64,000 bases of DNA, taken from assembly GCA_963693365.1 (NCBI GenBank), contig CAVNZM010000016.1:4057957-4121956 (forward strand), in the 5' to 3' direction. Position numbers and translations under genes: made by a program. The notes under the pieces are model-generated. The model worked only from the letters and a program-made list of their open reading frames with translations. It searched no databases and was not told the DNA's origin. Below, piece by piece: positions 47,067-64,000 of the stretch. Source of the DNA: Amoebidium appalachense. Taxonomy: Eukaryota; Protista; Ichthyosporea. Position 1 is the first letter of the stretch. Each line of letters opens with the position of its first letter.

Positions 47067-48282
47067 AAAACATGTGCATGTGTTTGCCACATGGTTAAAG
47101 GAGTGTGTGTGTGACGACTGTGTGTGTGTGTGTCGTGTGATGTGTGATGTGTGATCCAACTCGGTGTGAAATATGATACAGTCGATACTCGATATAGCTC
47201 GCCTCCCTTGGGTGGGTAGGTGGGTGGAAGGGGTATTTTGGGGGGCGGAGGGGGGTGAGGGGGCTATTTTGTGTGCCAAATTACTAAGTTCCTAAGGACA
47301 TATTGGCTAAAAGTGTTGGGACTGAAATAATCGTGTAATACTTACTGCCTTGTATTCGGCCAAAATCATGTCTAATATTGCTGCTGATAGATTGACTCGT
47401 TAACTTCTTCTCACTCATGAATGGTTTTTTATACTTCGATTCTCATATACCTTCCTTTTTGCCAGCTATTATGTAATGTACTCAGCCACTTGCAACTGTA
47501 GTAACCCCCGTACAAGAATTCTTCAGTACACCCACACATGCGCATTAATGCAACAAGCTTGAGATCTGGAGTTGACACAAATAAAGAAAGGGGGGTTCCA
47601 TCTCTTGCTTTAAGATCCACATATATACTCTACTCGCTAGTACAATGTCATGTACACAGGCGTTGCAGTGCAACAGTATTTCTTACGGCCATGAGTAAGA
47701 ATAACTTTTCAATAAGTTGAAAATGGATGGCATGGAAACGCATTCGAATGCTGACACAATAACAACAGGATTCATCGGAGCCCCCCCTCCCGGGCGCCTT
47801 CCCTTTTCCCTCCATTTAAACTTATCTCCCTCCCTCCCTCCCTCCCTCCCTCCCTCTCCCTGTCCGCTCTCCCTCTCCCTCTCCCTCTCTCTCTGTCTCG
47901 AGCATCTGCAGCTGTGTGGAACGCAGTATTGTGTTTTCGTTTATTCCGGTCGCCACATTGGCCCACTCTGACACATTTCTCACCCATCTCTCTACTTCCC
48001 GTACGCGTCACCTTGCACGATACTCCGCCATCATTGACCTGTTTTTCTCGTTTCTCACCCTCTGACCCTTCTCACCCACAAATCACGCACCCAGGTACAC
48101 ATGCACGCAGACAGGCACGAACGAACGCAAGCACGCACACGCACACCCTCACAGGCATATGTGCACTATGCACGTGCATGCCCCAAACCACCGATCATAC
48201 ATACACAAACACGACCACACACAAACACACATTCACTCACTCACTCACTCGCTTACGAGCTCCTCATAAAACTCTGCCTCTC

Positions 48283-48320
<38 letters not shown>

Positions 48321-48850
48321 TCCCCCCATGCCTTCACTTCCATAACACGGGTGAACAATTACTCCAACCCCGGGCCAATGCATACATCCCCCCTCCCCCC
48401 CCCCCCCCCCCCCCCCCCCACCCCACCCCCATTCAACGCGCACACACCCCCCTTTTTTTCTACATCCGGGTGCACATGAGTTAAGAGCCAACTTGTCACT
48501 GCAAAGACGTGCATCGAGTTATCATCCCCCCCCCCCCCCCCCCAAATATCGCTTAGCCCGCCCGCACTCTGGTAATTGAGTAGAGTTTGGCAATAAAGAT
48601 TTTATGTGCCTGGATATTGTTGTGACGACACTAACCCAACATGGAGTTCGCCTTTTATTCCAAGTTGAACATTTTCATTTCTCTTTTCCCTTTGGTTTCT
48701 TCTCATTGCCTTTCTTTCTTTTTCATTCTTTTTTCTTTAGATTTCTTTTTTGGTTGTGGTGGTGGTACCGGTGGGGGGGTAGGGGGGAAGGGGGGAGGGG
48801 GAGGGGAGGGGAGGGGGGGGGATTCTTCATTCCCTCCCTACTAAATACCC

Positions 48851-48881
<31 letters not shown>

Positions 48882-49009
48882 ACCTCCCCCCCCCCCCCCC
48901 CCATAGACACGAGGTGCTCTGAGGGCAATGATTATAAACAGCAGAGAGGTGGGGGGAATGCAGGGAAATTAGATGTCACGAGAGAGTGTGTTGTGTCTAT
49001 CCCCCTCCT

Positions 49010-49050
<41 letters not shown>

Positions 49051-49080
49051 ACCCCCCTCTCCCCCTCCCCCCGCACCCGG

Positions 49081-49366
49081 CCCTCTGGGTCCTTTTTCTG
49101 GGCTGCGGGATTTTTGTTTTTTTTTCGTGGAGGGGGGGGGGGGGGTGGAGGGGGAATAGGGGGGGAAGGGGGGGGGAGGGGGGGGGGAGACACACACACA
49201 CCGTGCACCGTGACACTAAGACATCTACACACATGATTGTGATACACATGTGCACACACACACACACCACACACACAAACACAACCAGTGACAAACGAAC
49301 ACAAAATCCAAATGTACACACAGACATGCACACATTTTCGCACAGCCTACTAACCCTCCCCCTCTC

Positions 49367-49403
<37 letters not shown>

Positions 49404-49604
49404 ACAAAAAAAAAGAAAAAAAAAAAAAAGAATCCCAGAGCCCAGAAAAAGGACCCACAGGACAGGGAATGAAGTACACACGTGCACACACACCCACACC
49501 ACACACACACACACATCACACACTGACACACACATATCATGGCAGTGACAAACGAACACAAAATCCAGATGTGCACATCGACATATGCACACAATGTCGC
49601 ACAG

Positions 49605-49637
<33 letters not shown>

Positions 49638-49729
49638 TCTCAACCACCACCACAGGCAAAAAAAAAAAAAAGAAAAAAAAATCTCCTGCAGCCCAGAAAA
49701 CCCAGAAAAGGAACCCACAGGACAGGGAA

Positions 49730-49768
<39 letters not shown>

Positions 49769-49957
49769 ACACACACAAACCGTGCACCGCAACACGGAGA
49801 CACACAAACACACACATTGTAATACGCACGTGCAAACGTGCACACACACACACACAGACGCACCACACACACACACAAACACACACATTTTTCAGTGACA
49901 AATGAACCGTTGAAAATCCAAATACACACACAGACATATGCTTACATTTTCGCACAG
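49081..49957. repeat. Compound ~260-350-bp satellite (3 degenerate copies) with one inverted sub-block
   Basis: CAGTGACAAAYGAAC...AATCCA...TCGCACAG occurs at ~49286, 49543 and 49893. CCCAGAAAA(A)GGA(A)CCCACAGGACAGGGAA occurs at ~49441 and ~49701, with a reverse-complement copy at 49081-49111. Confidence 0.7.
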
Positions 49958-50576
49958 AAGGGCACATAGGGCCAGTGAGTATTAATTATAAGGCACGCTC
50001 GCGTCCGAGCACCGTGGCGCATTGATGTAAATCGTTAGACTCTTTAATTCTCAGCCGCCGGTTGCACACATACGCACACACACACACGTGACACACAAGG
50101 ATTTGGACACCCCCCCCCCCCCCCCCCCCCCCCCCCCCACCACCACACACGCACACACATTAGATTTTCGATCTGTGATTGGTAACGAAGCAAAACTTCC
50201 TGGGGACCTCAAGCTAATCAGAAAAGAAATACTCTGCTGCACGTATGGGTAGTTTTCTTGTGCACAGCCCAATAATAATACTACTAGACTAATTACAAGT
50301 AGGGAAGCCACAGTTCCCCCTCCGAATCCTCCCCCCCCCCCCCCCCCCCTCTCCCCCTAAGATTCCCCCGCCCCCCCCCCTCCCCCCTTCCCCCCCCCCC
50401 CCCCCCTCTCCCCCTAAGATTCCCCCCGCCCCCCCCCTCCCCCCCTTCCCCCCCCCCCCCCCCCCCCCTCCCCCCCCTCCCCGTTATCTTATTTCCGGAT
50501 CCCCCCAGCCTTCGTAGCGCCTAGAGTCTTAATTTTTTCCAAAGTCTAGTACTACTAATCCGAAGTTATAGGTGAG

Positions 50577-51199
50577 TTATCGTAATCCTGAATGATCCCT
50601 GTAAAGCAACTCCACCTTGGTGCCTAGATAGTAAGCCACCCTGTACTGCTGGTGGGTAGGAAGGGTGTATGCCCTGCAATAGTCAGTCCCGTTGAGTGCA
50701 AACGACACCTCCCCGTTTCTGTGCAGGCGAATCCCAACAGTGGCACCCCTGGGCACTCTGGGCACTGCCTTGCTGATGTATCTTAGACTATTACACGACC
50801 ACAACGGTTTAAATTTTGACTTATAAGTCGCCCGTTGTTATTGCTCAGCTGAAGGTACCAGCCGCACGTCTCGTATGGGGCAGTCCCCGCTGCAGCCGCA
50901 GCAACAATAGCCTGTGAGGGAGCCAACCCAATGAACGAACCGCGGTCCTCGAGATCAACGTCATGGATGCACTTAACAAGAACTTCCGAGTAGGCACTGT
51001 CAGGCCATGCCATCTCAGGCCCCACCACCGTGGCATTCCAACATTTGTCGCCGCTGGTCTTGATTGCTATGCGACCGTCATCCGAGAAGGTGACGTGTCG
51101 GGGTGTGATGGAAAATTTGGCCATGAATCTGAGCTCTCCCTTGATGTTAACGTGCTTGGGGTTTAGTATAGCTGCCGGAGACATGCATGCCAAAAATGC
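50577..51199 (-). pseudogene. SPRY/B30.2- or neuralized-like beta-sandwich protein, apparently frameshifted at ~50783-50810; probable upstream exon at ~51688-51769
   Basis: HVTFSDDGRIAIK...FIGLAP...CGWYL continues in a second frame as GATVGIRLHRNGEVSFALNG, the pattern of SPRY/NHR-like domains. A TTTTTAG acceptor precedes 51199 and an AAG|GTATGT donor lies at ~51687. The fold assignment is from motif recall only. Confidence 0.5.
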
Positions 51200-52216
51200 C
51201 TAAAAAGGCAACACAAACACAAAACAAAAAAAACAAAAAAAAAAAATGAGGAGTTGCCGCCTCCAAAAACCCTCAGCCACGAGAGGCTACACTGGGTTAC
51301 GTATACAAAGCTGCAACAGTGTATATGTACCTTATATCTAGGCGACAGGTACTAAGTGTATATACACACGTATTACCCCCTCAAAAAAGGGAACACACAA
51401 ACGAGAAACGTTTAAATGCAGCAGGTCTGCACCTCATAAATTTTAAGTGGTACATCCCCCATGGGAACGCAGGCCGACCCAACTGCCTAACCGGCAACAA
51501 AACGAAAAGGCAGTTGCAACCCCCCCCCCCCCCCCCCCCCCCCCCAAAACCCCCCCCTCCCCCAACCCCCCCAACCCCCAACCCCCACCCCCTTCAAGCT
51601 TCAAAAAAAATAAAATAAATAAATATGAAGCCTTTACACGATTCGGAACCTGAAAAGGCTTTGGGATACAGAAACGATAGACATACCTTGAAATTATTGT
51701 GAGAGTTTCGGAGGTTTCCCACGTGCTGCTCAGGATCTGACTGGTGCCGCTGCTTGGCGTATGCTCTCTATAGAATCTGTACTGATAAGTTACTATTTCA
51801 AAATGACGTGAATTTCACGTTTTTCACCTTTTCGGAGGCCTGATTACTATGCAACTGCGCTAGAAATAGCGCGATCGTCTAAATAGGTTAATTAGGACAA
51901 AAGTGTTCGAATAGATCTGTGCGAACACACTATCAATATCCCTGTTGCCTCCCCGCTCTCCTCCCCCAAGTTGTTCCCTCTAGATCTTCCCCCGGCCACG
52001 AGACCATGCCCGACCACCTCCTTCGACACTTCTTCACTGAGGTTTTTAAGATTGCATGTACGTATTCTTTTTTGTTTATGATGACTATATTGATATGCTC
52101 AGCAAAATAGAAGCCATCGAGATATCACCGATATCTCGGAGAAGAAAATACAAAAGCCCTCACTCTCGGATATGGAGGAGATAATGATACACCCTAGAAA
52201 ACTCGTTAAACATACG

Positions 52217-52403
52217 ACTTTCACTTCGATCTCTTACTTAGCTGTCACGTCAACTTTTTTTTGCCCGATTCTTCACCATGGCAGGTATATAAAGGCTTTC
52301 GTTTCTTCTGGACTTCACTTTCGCTTCGATCTCGTAGCTGTCACGTCAACTTTTTTTCCCCAATTCTTCACCATGGCAGGTATATAAAGGCTTTCGTTTC
52401 TTC
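52217..52403 (+). repeat. Tandem ~95-bp duplication, each copy with TATATAAAGG
   Basis: TAGCTGTCACGTCAACTTTTTTT..ATTCTTCACCATGGCAGGTATATAAAGGCTTTCGTTTCTTCT occurs twice. Confidence 0.85.
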
Positions 52404-53184
52404 TTTTTGTGGTGGGAGGGAGTCCCACTCAGGGAAACGTGACTGCAGTGTGTGTGTGGTGTGGCCTGGTGTATTCCTACTGCTGTGAGAGTGTGGGGGC
52501 ATCTCCCTTTCGCGGAGTTTCTCGCTTGAGAAGTGGTTTCTTCAACGCCTGGTGGTCCACTGCAACCTATGGTAACTTCTACACGCTGTCTACGCTTCTA
52601 CGCGACCTATTGGCGGTGGGCTGCTGCAACTTCTTCAGCTACTTCTGCGCTGCGTGAGTGGAGGGGCGGCTATTTGGTCGTCGGGGAGCTTTCCAAGTGA
52701 CTGCCAGTCCCTAATTAGCCTCCGTCGTACGGCAATGACCGGGTTTGCTTGCATGCATTCTGTAATTGTGTTTTTCTGTGTGTCCTGCCACGACTAGTCC
52801 ACTTTATCAGAGAGCCTCATGCAGTTTCTCCGGGTTATCTAGGATTCGGGCCCGTTGGGATTGTTTTTTAGCTCAGATTTGGTCTGCATTGCTCTTTTAG
52901 AGGCTGATTTGCTTGCTGTGCCCCGATAGGTTTTGAGCGGGCCTGTTGGGAAGGAGCAGTAATGATGTCTTCTTGCGGAGTGTGGTCTGGTCAACATCGA
53001 TGCATACGACTAGTTGGAGCGAACTAGTTTCACGCATACACCTACACTTAAGGTTTTGCCCGCTGGTGTCCTTTGTCACTTGTCACTTTATTTTTATTTC
53101 GTAGCTTTGGCTTTTTCAGTTCTATTGGTGGTTATGTAGCCTGTGGCTGCACGTTGCCTTCATTAACGGATCAATAAACCCGAG

Positions 53185-54790
53185 TCAAAAGAAAAGAAAA
53201 AACATACGGTGGTTCAACAGATAGTCAATAGACGTAATATCAGGATTATCTAAATAAGCCAGTCTTCTAATTTCTAACGGAATAATCTGAGATAAATAAA
53301 TACATCTATCTAAGTGTTTACGAGAAAAAGGTTCTGCACAAAAGTTGCACAAACATTTATGGAAACAAAGGTTACAGCGCCAAAACAAACATTTCCAAGC
53401 TATATCACAAGGAGGGGTTAGAATTGCAAAATCGGTAAGTGTGGTAGGTTTACAAGAGGAAGGATAAATTTAAGTAGCTAATTTACACAACGATTGTAAA
53501 GAAAACTTTGATGATAGACGAGTTTCTAATATAAAAAGAAGCACAGGCTCAAGAGCCCTACCATGATGCTCTTTATCACAACGATGAAGCAAGGATATTG
53601 AGTATGAAAAACCAAGTAACATACTGCTGATAAATAGTAGAAGAGAAAAATAAAGGAGATAAGTATTCAAAAGGATATCTCGGAATGGGAGATAGATTGG
53701 GGATAGGACATTTCGCACGAACATTAGAAATGGGAACAGGTGCTAAAGAAGGAAAGAATTGCAACAAAGGATGATAAAAAGGAAGCCTCAGGCTAACCAA
53801 ATGAAAACAAAAGCGAAGTCCTAATTCATTCATACGCTGGCGCGCCGGAGGGAGACCAAAAACACTCAGCAAGGGAGCCGCCAAAGGATGCCTACGCGAG
53901 GTTCGAGAAATAAACTGGATGAATTCACGCTGAAAGGAATCGAATTCCCGAAGAGCCGCGCGCTGTTGCCATGGAGGGGCACACAAGAGTAACGGGAGGC
54001 CATATTCGAAACATGGACGAAGAAAAACGTTATAAAGAGTGAGCAAATTGGCAGGATGAATATTAGAGATATTTGCGAATATCCCTTGATAGATATGTAA
54101 GCGACCACGCGCACGAGAAATTCGCGAACTTCAAGTCAAAAGGCGCTCAAACCAGATACCCTTAGAGGTGAAAGGAATCCCTAAATAGTCATAGGAGGAC
54201 ACGATTGGGATAGGTTGATTGTTCAGAGTGTAGTGTGCATTGGGAGAAAAGGTGCCGCATTTATCTATCCCAATTTTCATGAAATTTCGGAAACACCAAT
54301 CATCTACTCGAGAAAGCATGTTATTCATGATCGAAGGATTGTGAGTGATCACTAAGACAATATCATCAGCGAAAAAAGGCCGGAGACACAAGAGTCGCCG
54401 GCAACTGGAAATTGTTGAATTTCTACCGCTAAGTTTTCAATAAAGACATCAAAGAGAAGGGGACTCAAAAGTGAGCCCTGTAAAAGGCCTCGAGTACGAT
54501 TGAATCCGTAAACAGGACCCCATTCACAACGGCAGCCCCATGGGTGCGGTCAAATAACGCCTGAAGTAGCCGACCAAAGGGAAGAGGTAGCCCTCGAGAG
54601 GCCAACTTGTGCCACAGCAAATTCGTTGACCGTGTCGTAGGCATTTTTAAGGTCGATGAAGAATACCTCGCGACATCCAGAACGAATAGTGTCGTGTAAT
54701 AGAAGAGCAGAAGAGCATGAGTATAGCACGAATAAGCATGCCGAAATCCGCCCTGAATGTTGCTCAACCAGAAGACACTCGATAAGGTCT
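53185..54790 (-). mobile_element. 5'-truncated, frameshifted family-B non-LTR retrotransposon (RT, thumb, Cys/His finger)
   Basis: Fragments in successive frames: QGGFRHAYSC, FFADDIVL, MKIGIDKC, SYDYLGIPF, LYNVFLRPCFEYGLP, FWRCNLCFHKCLCNFCAEPFSRKHLDRC, SIDYLLN. Confidence 0.85.
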
Positions 54791-55449
54791 CATGCTTGTG
54801 GAAGGCCGCAATATGCAGGACTCGAATAGGCGACGAAATATGTTAGTGAAGGACGCATTTCTGCTTTTTGAGTCGTTTCTGAAAGCCATTTTTTTCTTCG
54901 CGCCAAAACTTCCCGCCAAAAAACAGAAAAATCATTTCGCCTGATATCACAGATTTCCCGCCAAAAGTGCAATCGGTGGCTCACGGAATGTACGATTTCG
55001 AAAACTCTCGTATTTGCCAGTGCTAGCGCGGCCAGCTATATCGAGCTAGGGGAATAGGGATGCCATGCACGGTGAACTGTCAGACTGTGGAAGGGTATTT
55101 ACTTTTGCACTTGCGAAAGATATAAGCACATATGACTTTTCACTGAGAGAGCAAATTGGGAAGAAAACTGGAAGGTCGTTTTGTGAACACGATAATTGTT
55201 GTACTAGCCTATAGAAACTGCGAAGACTTGCTGCGGTCCCTTATATACACAGAACAAATCGGGTTTCAACGTGACAAGTCAAGTTCTTCGAAGGCCACCC
55301 AAAAACATCTAAAGTTGACACCCTTATGACAGCACACCCAAATCTATTCAAGAAGCGACATTCTTGTGAACACCTTTCATCGAGATCTCTCCTAGAGAAT
55401 AAAGAAACATTGAGAGAAGTTTAGGGCCCTGTGCTCATCTGTTCCGGAG

Positions 55450-63654
<8,205 letters not shown>

Positions 63655-63798
63655 GTGGAGTCTCCCTCCCACCCCTTCCCCTCCCCTCCCTCCCCCTCCT
63701 CCCCTCCTCTCCCTTCCCCCTTCCCTTCCCCCCCCATCCCCCCCCCCCCCCCCCCCCCCCACCTCTCCCTCCCTCTTCCCCCCTCCCCCTTCCCCCCT

Positions 63799-63831
<33 letters not shown>

Positions 63832-64000
63832 CCCCCTCCCAGCCCCCCCACTCCCCCCCCCCCCCCACCACCACCCCTGCCCTCCCCACCGGGAGTGCCC
63901 GGCTCCTCCTCCCCTCCCCCCGCCCCCCTCTCAACCCCCCCCCCCCCCCCACCTCTCCACAAAAGGAACATCCCCACTCTCCAGTTGCTACTTTGCCCTC

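Noticed and set aside
47429-47720. 63-aa minus-strand ORF downstream of CHMP2A as a possible terminal exon
   Set aside because: No recognisable motif and no upstream exons could be linked.

Overview
Intron-rich eukaryotic genomic DNA with GT-AG introns full of (TG)n/(CA)n, (CT)n and long G/C homopolymers. It is probably from a microbial opisthokont, but that is inference only. Bases 50-13038 are a full-length non-LTR retrotransposon with a 14-bp target-site duplication, a zinc-knuckle ORF1, an RT-RNase H-CCHC ORF2 and an A-rich tail. Its AP-endonuclease breaks off after the first motif and is replaced by a ~4.6-kb, frame-preserving 216-bp tandem array. The 13.2-19.6 kb region holds nested inverted-repeat elements and fragments of a second LINE family, with a third fragment at 53.2-54.8 kb. 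Host genes reconstructed exon by exon: ALIX/BRO1 (minus strand, 25 exons, ~823 aa) head-to-head with CHMP2A/Vps2 (plus strand, 6 exons, 216 aa), a frameshifted SPRY/NHR-like gene, and the first 8 exons of protoporphyrinogen oxidase. Non-coding points of interest are tandem arrays of complete 3' splice sites, duplicated splice donors, and a ~150-bp intronic repeat family always oriented sense to the host gene. Most ORFs in the supplied track are microsatellite or homopolymer artefacts.
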